Origin: Flavobacteriaceae bacterium
Lineage (GTDB): Bacteria; Bacteroidota; Bacteroidia; Flavobacteriales; Flavobacteriaceae
Assembly (NCBI GenBank): GCA_965224465.1
Contig: OZ245049.1
Coordinates: 120,001 to 152,000 of the forward strand
DNA: 32,000 nucleotides
Reading direction: 5' to 3'
Positions within the stretch are counted from its first letter, which is position 1. Every line of letters starts with the position of its first letter. This document shows, piece by piece, positions 16,379 through 24,795 of this stretch. The notes beneath the pieces are model-generated. The model was given only the letters and a program-made list of their open reading frames with translations, made no database searches and was not told the origin of the DNA. The translations under genes and the position numbers were made by a program.

Positions 16379-18151
16379 TTATGAATAAATTTTAGTATAT
16401 AATTTTAAGAATTTTTCCATTATTTGTTTTCTCTTGATTTTTAATGTTGGAGTTAATAAGCCATTGTCTATCGTCCAATCGATAGGTGTTAATTCAAACT
16501 TTTTGATTTGTTCCCACTTTCCAAATTGTGGATTGTAATGATCTAATTCTTTTTGAATACGTTCAATTACACGGCTATCGGTGCTCAGCGCCTTTAAATT
16601 TTCTTTAATATTTAAATCATGCAATTTTGCCCATTTATTCACAAAATGAAAGTTGATTAAAATTAGTGCAGCGGGCATTTTTTTTCCTTCACCTACCACC
16701 ATAATTTCCTCTATAAAACCAGATTGTTTAAATACTCCTTCTATATGTGTTGGTGCAATGTATTTTCCTCCAGATGTTTTGAATATTTCTTTTTTACGAT
16801 CTGTAATATACAAATATCCTTCATCATCCATTCTTCCAATATCACCTGTATGTAAGAATCCATCAATCACACTTTCTTTTGTCTTTTTCTCGTCTTTGTA
16901 ATAGCCTTGCATTACATTGGGACCTTTAACGAGGATTTCGCCGTCTTTTGCGAATTTTATAATTACATTGTTTAATGCTTTTCCTACGGAACCTATTTTG
17001 TTATTACCATCTATTAAACTGTTTAAGGCGATTCCAGGTGAAGTTTCCGTCATTCCATATCCTTCTAAAACAGGGATTCCTGCAGCCATAAATACTCTAA
17101 TTAAATTGGGTTGCATAGCAGCACTTCCGGAAAGGATAAACTTAATGCTTCCGCCCATTGCTTCTTTCCATTTGATAAATACTAATTTCCTAGCAATGTT
17201 TAGCTTAAAATTATAATAACTACTATTTAGCTTTTCAGGGCTGTACTTCTTTCCTACTTTTACTGCCCAATTAAATACAATACGTTTGGGGATGGATAAG
17301 CCTCTTGCGGTTCCTTCAATTTTATCGTAAATCTTTTCTATCAACCTAGGGACTACAGGCATAAAATGTGGATGTACCTCTCTTATATTATCTCCTAGTT
17401 TCTCGATGCTTTCTGCAAAGTATATTTCAAATCCCATATATTGATAGTAATACAAGGCAAAACGCTCAAAAATATGACATACAGGAAGGAAACTCATAAC
17501 CCTACTGCGCCCAACTTCTAAATCCATCATGTGCTTTCCATCAAAAGTATTGGATACCAAATTAAAGTGTGACAACATAACACCTTTTGGAGTTCCTGTA
17601 GTTCCAGATGTATAAATGATAGTCGCTGTTTGTTTTGGATCTATCTCCTTTTTTAATAGCTCAACTTCTGGTTGTAACGTGGTATCTTCTCCCAATTCTA
17701 ACAAGGTGTCCCAATGTGTGACTCCTTCAATTTTATCAAAGGAATAGATGCCCTTTAAATCCGTGTTTTCTTTGATTGCATTTACTTTTTCAAATAATTC
17801 TAAACCTGATACAAAACAATATTTGGCATCTGAATGATTGATTATATATTGATAATCTTTAACAGTAATGTTCGGGTATAAAGGAACGTTGATAGCACCT
17901 ATTTGGAGGATCGCTAAATCAAGTATGCTCCATTCTGGTCTGTTATTTGTGGTAATCACCACAATTTTATCTTCTTTTTTTACTCCTAGTTTTAGGAGAA
18001 ACCTACTTATTGCATTTGCTTTATTAATGTATTCATCAGTTGAAACACTCTTCCAAACACCATCTACTTTGTGATTGAAACATTTTTCATGAGGGTACAT
18101 TTTTTGCTGATAATAAGCGAAATCGAATAATCTTGTTATTTTTTCTGGCAT
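16379..18151 (-). CDS. Long-chain-fatty-acid--CoA ligase, paralog
   Basis: 590-aa ORF that aligns along its whole length with the 13558..15339 product. It carries IYTSGTTGTPKGVMLSH, EGYGMTETS, LHTGDIGRMDDEGYLYITDRKKEIFKTSGGKY and LTPTLKIKR. Its stop is 2 nt from the NMO start. Confidence 0.9.
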   Translation of the reverse strand: MPEKITRLFDFAYYQQKMYPHEKCFNHKVDGVWKSVSTDEYINKANAISRFLLKLGVKKEDKIVVITTNNRPEWSILDLAILQIGAINVPLYPNITVKDYQYIINHSDAKYCFVSGLELFEKVNAIKENTDLKGIYSFDKIEGVTHWDTLLELGEDTTLQPEVELLKKEIDPKQTATIIYTSGTTGTPKGVMLSHFNLVSNTFDGKHMMDLEVGRSRVMSFLPVCHIFERFALYYYQYMGFEIYFAESIEKLGDNIREVHPHFMPVVPRLIEKIYDKIEGTARGLSIPKRIVFNWAVKVGKKYSPEKLNSSYYNFKLNIARKLVFIKWKEAMGGSIKFILSGSAAMQPNLIRVFMAAGIPVLEGYGMTETSPGIALNSLIDGNNKIGSVGKALNNVIIKFAKDGEILVKGPNVMQGYYKDEKKTKESVIDGFLHTGDIGRMDDEGYLYITDRKKEIFKTSGGKYIAPTHIEGVFKQSGFIEEIMVVGEGKKMPAALILINFHFVNKWAKLHDLNIKENLKALSTDSRVIERIQKELDHYNPQFGKWEQIKKFELTPIDWTIDNGLLTPTLKIKRKQIMEKFLKLYTKIYS

Positions 18152-18815
18152 TGTAAAAAATTATATCCTGCAATCTAAATAAAATTTCGTAAGTCTCATA
18201 ATAAAATTTAATATTAATGTAACTATATGGTAACATTGTTGCGTTATCAGTAGTGATACTGGTCTTTTGTCGTGATTTATTTTGATTATTGCTCAATCTA
18301 ATGATTATATCTATATATGCGGTCTTTTTAACAATAAATTAAATAGCTTCTAGATGTACTTAAAAAACGTAAATTGAGTTCGTACATAGGTTTTTGTTTT
18401 TTGCAGAATGTCCTTAAAAACGCCTATATTGAATTATAAAGAATACATTTTTGCAGAGATTATAATTATTATAGGGGGTGTTTTTGTTTTTTCGAACTAT
18501 TTATTTAGTCAGTATTAATCTGTAAATCAATATGTTGGTGTTTTTTATATTTAAGGTGTTGATGCAAATGAAATTATTTGATAGCTTTAGGTGCTTATGT
18601 ATAATTTTAGAAGTTTTTAGGCGTCGTATCGCTGCAATGCAAAGGGTAATGTTACAAAATTCGCAACGAGTTATTTTGTAGGGTGTATTTTTATGGAGAG
18701 CAATTAGAAAGCATAAAATAAGCTGTATTCATTTTTAGAGTGTGTTTTTTTATTTTTCACGTTGATGAAATTCCTTATTAAAAATCAGTGTATCTTGTGG
18801 AGCTAAGAATAAAAG

Positions 18816-19661
18816 ATGTCCATAGATAAGATTCCCGAAATATACCTTAAAAGTGCTACGGGTACACCTGATTTGTTTGTATATGATTTTAAAATGATTC
18901 ACGATGTTGTTAAAACGAAGGTGAATTTAAGCATGAACATGTTTAGTTTTTTACAAATAGGAACAAAGCACGTTCATTTTTCAGAAGCTTCTGTTACTGT
19001 TGATAAAAAACAATCATTATTGATAAAGAATGGGAATTCCTTATGGTCCGAATTATTAGAAAACGACTCCGTGTATATTTGTAAACTGTTTTTCTTTTCA
19101 GAAAAAATACTACTTTCATTTATTCAGAAATATGGAATAGTACCTTCTAATAAGAGTGAAGATTGTCCCTATTTTACCATAGAGAACGATGCCTATATCT
19201 TGGGGTATTTAAATTCCTTATCTTTTGTTAACTCCATAGAGGCTCCTGTTAAAATAGAATTATTACATGTCAAATTTGAAGAAATACTTTTGTATTTGAT
19301 TGGTAAATACGGCCGTGGATTTGAAAATTATTTACTTTCTTTAGTGACTAAAAATAGTTCTCCTTTTAAAAATAGTGTAGAAAGTAATGTTTCTTCTAAT
19401 TTAAAATTAGAAGAAATAGCGTTTCTATGTAACATGAGTCTTTCTACTTTTAAAAGACATTTTATAAAAGAATATGGAGTGAATCCAGGAAAGTGGCTTC
19501 AAGATAAACGACTGGATCGTGCTAAAAAGATGATGATAGACAAAGGTTTATCCGCTTCTGAAGTGTATTTTGAAGTGGGTTATACAAACTTATCTAACTT
19601 TAGTAATGCTTTTAAATCTAAATTCGGATTCAGTCCACGTGATATTCTTGAAAACACATAA
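18816..19661 (+). CDS. AraC-family transcriptional regulator
   Basis: 281-aa ORF with a C-terminal double-HTH AraC signature: LEEIAFLCNMSLSTFKRHFIKEYGVNPGKWLQDKRLDRAKKMM...EVGYTNLSNFSNAFKSKFGFSP. Confidence 0.85.
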   Translation: MSIDKIPEIYLKSATGTPDLFVYDFKMIHDVVKTKVNLSMNMFSFLQIGTKHVHFSEASVTVDKKQSLLIKNGNSLWSELLENDSVYICKLFFFSEKILLSFIQKYGIVPSNKSEDCPYFTIENDAYILGYLNSLSFVNSIEAPVKIELLHVKFEEILLYLIGKYGRGFENYLLSLVTKNSSPFKNSVESNVSSNLKLEEIAFLCNMSLSTFKRHFIKEYGVNPGKWLQDKRLDRAKKMMIDKGLSASEVYFEVGYTNLSNFSNAFKSKFGFSPRDILENT

Positions 19662-19837
19662 ACAACTAGTGTATAGATATTTACAGTGTATTTTATTTTA
19701 CCCGATTGTCTATTGACCTTTTTTCACAATCTTTTGAGCTAATTTCGTAAGTGTTTAAGTGCATTGCTGTAGTACTTTTGCCAAGAAATTAATCAGGAGC
19801 TTCGATACTAAATCGCAGTTCTAAAAAAAATAATTAA

Positions 19838-20989
19838 ATGGCACAGTTTATCGTTCCAAAAACCATGCACCATGGTTTAGGAAGTTTGGAAAAATTAACA
19901 GAATTAAAAGGAAATAAAGCAGTAATCGTAATTGGAGGAGGTTCCGTTCAAAAAAATGGTTATTTAGCGAAAGTTCAAAACTATTTAAAAGAAGCAGGAA
20001 TTGAAAATGTTGTATTTTCAGGAGTTGAGGCAGATCCATCTATTGAAACCGTACTAAAAGGAGCTGCATTTTTTCAAGAAGAGAATCCAGACATTATTAT
20101 TGGTCTTGGTGGTTGTTCATCAATTGACGCTGCCAAAGCAATGTGGATTTACTATGAATATCCAGATTCTAAATTAGAAGAGTTGGTAGAATTATTCGCT
20201 GTAAAAGAATTGCGTAAGAAAGCAATTTTTGTAGCAATCCCATCTACGAGTGGAACAGGAACAGAAATTACAGGGTTATCCGTAATTACCGACAGAGAAA
20301 AAGGAACTAAATACCCAATTGTTTCGTATGAATTAACTCCAGATGTAGCTATTATTGACGCAAATTTAAGCGCAAGTATGCCGAAAGGATTAACTGCAAA
20401 CACAGGGTTGGATGTATTGAGCCATGGAGTAGAAGCCTATGTATCTAATATTGCTGAAAACTTTAGTGATTCTTTGGCAAAAGGAGCAATCGATTTAGTT
20501 TTTAAAAATTTACCTACGGTATTTGAGGATCCAGATAATTTAAAAGTAAGACAAGTAATGCACGATGCTTCAAGTATGGCTGGTATGGCATTTAACAATG
20601 TTTGGTTAGGAATTGTACATTCTATTTCTCATCAAATAGGTGGTACTTTTGCAATCCCTCACGGTTGTGCAAATGCAATCTTAATGCCTAATGTAATTCG
20701 TTTTAACTCAAAAGCAACAGATAAGTATGAAGACTTGGCTGCTTTGGTAGGGAAAACTACTTCAGAGGAATTTGCACAAGCAGTTTCTGACCTAAGAGCT
20801 TCTGTAGATGTAGTTGCTTCTTTCAAAGAATACGGAATTAGCGCAAAAGATTGGGATGAAAAATTAGAAGGAATGGCAAAAAATGCCATGAAAGATCCTT
20901 GTACTCTTTTCAATCCAAGAAAATTAGATTTAAAAGAAATGAAAGCGATCATGCAAGCCTGTTATGATGGTGTAGCGATAGATTTTTAA
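19838..20989 (+). CDS. Iron-containing (group III) alcohol dehydrogenase
   Basis: 383-aa ORF with GGGS, GLGGCSSIDAAKAMW, IPSTSGTGTE, and the metal-site histidines in VLSHGVEAY and HSISHQIGG...HGCANA. Confidence 0.9.
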   Translation: MAQFIVPKTMHHGLGSLEKLTELKGNKAVIVIGGGSVQKNGYLAKVQNYLKEAGIENVVFSGVEADPSIETVLKGAAFFQEENPDIIIGLGGCSSIDAAKAMWIYYEYPDSKLEELVELFAVKELRKKAIFVAIPSTSGTGTEITGLSVITDREKGTKYPIVSYELTPDVAIIDANLSASMPKGLTANTGLDVLSHGVEAYVSNIAENFSDSLAKGAIDLVFKNLPTVFEDPDNLKVRQVMHDASSMAGMAFNNVWLGIVHSISHQIGGTFAIPHGCANAILMPNVIRFNSKATDKYEDLAALVGKTTSEEFAQAVSDLRASVDVVASFKEYGISAKDWDEKLEGMAKNAMKDPCTLFNPRKLDLKEMKAIMQACYDGVAIDF

Positions 20990-21004
20990 GTATTTATAAT
21001 TTTA

Positions 21005-21994
21005 TAGGGTTACCCTCTTAAGTCGCAATATATTTGATTGATTTATAGGTTATTGGTTTTTCTTTACACATTCTTTTTAGTAGGTTTTCTAAGATGTTTT
21101 CTCTAAAATTGAGTCGATTAAATCGATAGAAATACTCTTGAATGTATTGATTTATATACTCTTTCTCACAATACGAATGAACGCCTCTTAACCAATTTTT
21201 AAAGTTTCTTATCTGAAAATGTAGCATCTTAAAATTCTCACCATTATTAGATAATATTTGTGTTAAATTTGGGAAGTTCTTTTTTAAAGGTTTATATCCT
21301 GACCAGCCATCTGTAACTATATTGGCATCAAACTTTATATGTTTCTCAAATATTGGTTTTAATGATTTGCAACTATAATCTTCTATCACCTTTGCGTATG
21401 CTCTGCCTGGTTTACCATTTCTATTTTCAATGGCAATTACAACTCTAATTTTAGTAGCTGATTTACTACGTCCTTGCTCTCCTTTTTTTGGTGTACCTAT
21501 TTCAAACTCGTCTACATGAACTTCTTTTTCTAAAGGATATTTCTCACTACTTTTCATTGCTTCTTGTACTTTTCTTCTAAACAACCAAGCTGTCATCTGT
21601 TTAACACCGTGCCTTTCTGCTAACCAAATACTATTCGCTCCTTTCTTACTGGTAACTATATCATAAGTCATTTCAAAGGCTTCTACAATACCAAATTTAA
21701 CTTTATGAAATAGAGTGTTCGCAGTTGGAGACTCATCATATCCGCATTTTGTACAACGTCTATTATACGCTCTTTTTCCTTTTAAAAACTTTGTGTTTTT
21801 ACATTTAAAACAGGAAAAACCTTCTTCCCATTTTACAGATGATAAAAAAGATAAACATAAACTCTCTTCTCCAAACTTAGTGTGAAATTCTTTACGAGAT
21901 AATTCTTTTAATATTTTCATAGCTTTCTTTTTCTAAAAGTAAAAAATCCTTTCAGAAAAACAAAATATTAGTGAGATTTAAATAGGTAACCCTA
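21005..21994 (-). mobile_element. IS1595-family insertion sequence, 990 bp
   Basis: The imperfect 22-bp terminal inverted repeats match at 17 of 22 positions. One is TAGGGTTACCCTCTTAAGTCGC (21005..21026); the other, as the reverse complement of 21973..21994, is TAGGGTTACCTATTTAAATCTC. A perfect 8-bp target duplication TAATTTTA lies at 20997..21004 and 21995..22002. Confidence 0.85.
21018..21920 (-). CDS. IS1595-family (ISXO2-like) transposase
   Basis: 300-aa ORF with an N-terminal zinc ribbon (CFKCKNTKF...CTKCGYDES) followed by a DDE region (VHVDEFEIG, IVTDGWSGY, the YCEKEYINQYIQEY tail). Its stop lies inside the terminal repeat. Confidence 0.9.
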   Translation of the reverse strand: MKILKELSRKEFHTKFGEESLCLSFLSSVKWEEGFSCFKCKNTKFLKGKRAYNRRCTKCGYDESPTANTLFHKVKFGIVEAFEMTYDIVTSKKGANSIWLAERHGVKQMTAWLFRRKVQEAMKSSEKYPLEKEVHVDEFEIGTPKKGEQGRSKSATKIRVVIAIENRNGKPGRAYAKVIEDYSCKSLKPIFEKHIKFDANIVTDGWSGYKPLKKNFPNLTQILSNNGENFKMLHFQIRNFKNWLRGVHSYCEKEYINQYIQEYFYRFNRLNFRENILENLLKRMCKEKPITYKSIKYIAT

Positions 21995-21999
21995 TAATT

Positions 22000-22045
22000 T
22001 TAATCCCATCAGTGGGTTTAATTCCCCGAGGCGCTGCATCGAAAT
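22000..22045. repeat. 46-nt dispersed repeat, copy A
   Basis: TTAATCCCATCAGTGGGTTTAATTCCCCGAGGCGCTGCATCGAAAT aligns without gaps to 22191..22236, with 34 of 46 positions identical by my count. Confidence 0.6.
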
Positions 22046-22107
22046 GATTAAGGTTTTTTTCTTTTTCATGCAACGTAGGCTTCCCCGAGGTTATTGACTT
22101 TAGTTAC

Positions 22108-22137
22108 AAAAGGACAAGCGAAAGTTTGTCCTTTTTG
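22108..22137. terminator. Bidirectional rho-independent terminator
   Basis: The sequence is AAA-AGGACAA-gcgaaagt-TTGTCCT-TTTTT: a 7-bp stem flanked by an A-run and a T-run. It sits between the convergent alcohol dehydrogenase (+) and response regulator (-) genes. Confidence 0.5.
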
Positions 22138-22190
22138 GATGTTGGGTATAAGAAGCCCTCAGTAAACTTGGAGCTCTAATTATAGATCCT

Positions 22191-22236
22191 TTAATCCTTA
22201 GTGATGGTTTAATTTTCAGTGGCGCTGCCTCGAAAT
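22191..22236. repeat. 46-nt dispersed repeat, copy B
   Basis: TTAATCCTTAGTGATGGTTTAATTTTCAGTGGCGCTGCCTCGAAAT is in the same orientation as copy A, 191 bp away, on the other side of the terminator. Confidence 0.6.
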
Positions 22237-22323
22237 AGAATATAGTCTTTATGGTTCCAAGCCGTTGCTTCTTTTTAAAAAGATAAATTATTAAATTTTT
22301 GAGTCAGGCAAGCCAAATAAATA

Positions 22324-22998
22324 TTAGGAAAGTAAAAAACCATTATTCCGTGCTTTTTTAAGTAGTTCTATAACGTTTTTGGCTTTTAGTTTTTTCATCA
22401 TATTAAACCGATGCACTTCTACCGTACGAATACTGAGGTTAAGGTGCATGGATATTTCTTTATTATTTAAGCCGTTGTCTATCATTTTTAAAATTTCAGT
22501 TTCACGTTTTGAGAGTGGTGATTTTTTTTCTGAGGAGTTTTCGTTGGAACTCCCTTTCCCTGTCAGTGTTTTTAAATATTGTTCGGCGAGTATCTGCGAT
22601 ACCTTGGTACTGTAATAGCGCTTTCCTGCATGGACTACGCGTATTGCTTTGATCAGTTCTTCACTGCTTCCATCCTTTAATAAATACCCCTTAGCACCAT
22701 TGGATAGGCTTTTTGTAATGTATTCTTCATTATCGTGCATAGAAAGAATCAAGCAGGAAGGAGGTGAATCTAAGGTTTCGATGGTTTGCAAGGCATCTAG
22801 TCCATTCATTATAGGCATGGTAATGTCCATAAGGATAATATCTATCCCTTGATGCGCTTTTACAAACGCTATAGCTTCCAGTCCATTGGATGCTTCTCCG
22901 ATAATATGCAAATCACTTTCTTCTTCTATGTTTAGTTTGAGACCTTGTCTAATCATGGCGTGATCATCTACTATTAATATGTGTATTTTATTCTTCAT
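22324..22998 (-). CDS. NarL/LuxR-family response regulator (REC + HTH_LuxR)
   Basis: The receiver domain has MKNKIHILIVDDH and DIILMDITMP. The C-terminal LuxR HTH reads LSKRETEILKMIDNGLNNKEISMHLNLSIRTVEVHRFNMMKKL. The track ORF extends to 23025 (MHSLKAHLN-); I favour the ATG at 22998 because of the usual receiver N-terminus. Confidence 0.9.
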   Translation of the reverse strand: MKNKIHILIVDDHAMIRQGLKLNIEEESDLHIIGEASNGLEAIAFVKAHQGIDIILMDITMPIMNGLDALQTIETLDSPPSCLILSMHDNEEYITKSLSNGAKGYLLKDGSSEELIKAIRVVHAGKRYYSTKVSQILAEQYLKTLTGKGSSNENSSEKKSPLSKRETEILKMIDNGLNNKEISMHLNLSIRTVEVHRFNMMKKLKAKNVIELLKKARNNGFLLS

Positions 22999-23070
22999 GT
23001 TAAGGTGTGCTTTGAGTGAATGCATTTAAATATTGGGGTCTTGGATAAATGAGTGAATTGGCTAAACAGG

Positions 23071-24777
23071 TCAACCTTGTTTAGGGATGGTCATGTGGAT
23101 ATAGGTGCCTTCGGAAGGTTGACTTCTGATGTAAAATGTTCCGTGAAACATTTTTGCCCGCTCTTTCATGGTATGAAGACCGTAACTCTTGGTGGATTCT
23201 TCGGTGATGCTAGGGTCAAATCCAATTCCGTTATCGTTGATATGAATGTGGTAATAGGCGGAGGTAGCATCAATAATAACGTTGATAACACTTGCTTTGG
23301 AATATTTAAGGGCATTGCTAAGGGATTCTTGTACGCCTCGGTAAATGGCTATTTCTATGCGAGAATCCATACGCTCAATAGTGCTTTTTTCTTCAAAAAT
23401 AATACTTGCTTCCGTTTGTTCATTAATTTCTGATACCATTTGTTTGATGGCAGCTTGTAGTCCGAATTCTTCTATGGATGCAGGCATTAAATTATGGGAG
23501 ATTCTTCGGGTTTCATTAATGGTATCTCTCAGGCTTTTTTTAATAGTGCTTAACAATTGCTGTTGCTTATCGGTATTCTCTAATTTTAAGGCTTCTATCG
23601 TGAGTTTTAAACCGGTTAAGTGTTGACCTAAACCATCGTGAAGATCAAAAGCAATTCGTTTTCGCTCGTTTTCTTGTCCGTGAATAATAGCTTGAGATTC
23701 GTTACGTTGGCTGTCAATTTCTTCTTCAAATCGTTGGGAGATATTTATAAAGCTTCCTATATAGCTCAAAGTTTTATCCGCGGTATTATAGACAGGGATC
23801 AAGCTTAAATTCATCCATATTAACTGCCCTTCCTTTGTTTGTAATTGTAGTTCACCATGCCATAATTCTCCGTCTCTCATGGTTTCCCACATGTTTTTGA
23901 AAAATGATGAAGGATGGATTGCACTTGCTAGATCTGCAATTCGTTTTCCGAAAAAGGCATCTTTTGAATAGCCCGTGAGTTTGGAAAAGTTTGAATTTGC
24001 CAAGGTGATAATTCCTAAAGTATCCAACCGTACCATATAAGTGAAGTTTATAAAGGCATCTTGTAGGTACCTGTAATTATTTAATGTGATGCCTTGTCTT
24101 TTATTTTTTTGTTTTAGAGCCCTGTTTTTCTGTTTTAAAAATTGAGTTTTTGAGTTTAAATCAACGGCTATTTGTTGGTTTTTTTTAAGTGAAGGACTAA
24201 ATAGTTTCCAATAGGAAGTACTAAAAAGAAGCAAGAGTAGTAAGGGAGTCAGGATGTCTAAAGCAAGTGCTTCTCTCTCGCTGTTTACAAGGTGTTCTTT
24301 CAATGCTTTTAGCAGGGCATCACTCCTTATTTTATACTGATTTATAACAGGTAAAGCTACTGTGTTTTCTGTAAGGGCGGATGTGTTTTTACGTAGGGAT
24401 GCTTTTGTATTGGTTTTTAATGCCTCTAACAAGGTAGGGATAATCGCAGTATTTGATAGTTGGAGTTCTGTAATTTGAATTTCTAAGAGCGCTGTTGTTT
24501 TTTGTGCATAAGAAAAAAAAGAGAAACCTTTGTTTAGTTGCTGATTGTTAATGGTGTGTGTGTCGTTGAATCCAGTGCTTTGGATTAAAAAATAGTGGTC
24601 TTCAATAATTTGTATGGATAATTTTGATATATTTATCTCCTTATTAAGTTGTTTAGATTGCCATAAGCTTAGCGTGAAACTAGTGATAACTAGGATTCCA
24701 AGAATAAAATAAGCCCTAAGAAATGAAGTTTTTGACATAAGATATAAATAAAACTTAGTAAAAATACGAATAAACAC
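23071..24777 (-). CDS. Sensor histidine kinase, NarX/NarQ-like topology (TM - extracytoplasmic domain - TM - PAS - HisKA_3 - HATPase)
   Basis: 568-aa ORF with two hydrophobic segments flanking ~150 aa, then a PAS-like region (GIITLANSNFSKLTGYSKDAFFGKRI). The HisKA_3 H-box is ERKRIAFDLHDGLGQHLTG, followed by an ATPase N/G-box region. A likelier start is the ATG at 24738 (MSKTSFLRAYF...). Confidence 0.9.
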   Translation of the reverse strand: MFIRIFTKFYLYLMSKTSFLRAYFILGILVITSFTLSLWQSKQLNKEINISKLSIQIIEDHYFLIQSTGFNDTHTINNQQLNKGFSFFSYAQKTTALLEIQITELQLSNTAIIPTLLEALKTNTKASLRKNTSALTENTVALPVINQYKIRSDALLKALKEHLVNSEREALALDILTPLLLLLLFSTSYWKLFSPSLKKNQQIAVDLNSKTQFLKQKNRALKQKNKRQGITLNNYRYLQDAFINFTYMVRLDTLGIITLANSNFSKLTGYSKDAFFGKRIADLASAIHPSSFFKNMWETMRDGELWHGELQLQTKEGQLIWMNLSLIPVYNTADKTLSYIGSFINISQRFEEEIDSQRNESQAIIHGQENERKRIAFDLHDGLGQHLTGLKLTIEALKLENTDKQQQLLSTIKKSLRDTINETRRISHNLMPASIEEFGLQAAIKQMVSEINEQTEASIIFEEKSTIERMDSRIEIAIYRGVQESLSNALKYSKASVINVIIDATSAYYHIHINDNGIGFDPSITEESTKSYGLHTMKERAKMFHGTFYIRSQPSEGTYIHMTIPKQG

Positions 24778-24795
24778 TTATATAACTACGTATTT

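Noticed and set aside
18087-18296. 69-aa minus-strand ORF overlapping the 5' end of the acyl-CoA ligase gene
   Set aside because: It is out of frame with, and overlapping, a strongly supported gene, and it looks like an AT-rich chance ORF.
18152-18815. Repeated T-rich motifs in the 660-bp intergenic region, plus a 36-codon ORF at 18408..18518. GTTTTTGTTTTTT occurs at 18390 and 18480, and TTTTGCAGA occurs twice.
   Set aside because: The repeats are low-complexity T-runs expected in AT-rich promoter regions. A 36-codon open frame is not unusual by chance at this base composition. No structure or conservation argument is available from the sequence alone.
23053-23626. Plus-strand ORFs 23053..23433 and 23345..23626 inside the histidine kinase gene
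   Set aside because: They are antisense shadows of a gene with clear HisKA_3 and HATPase motifs.
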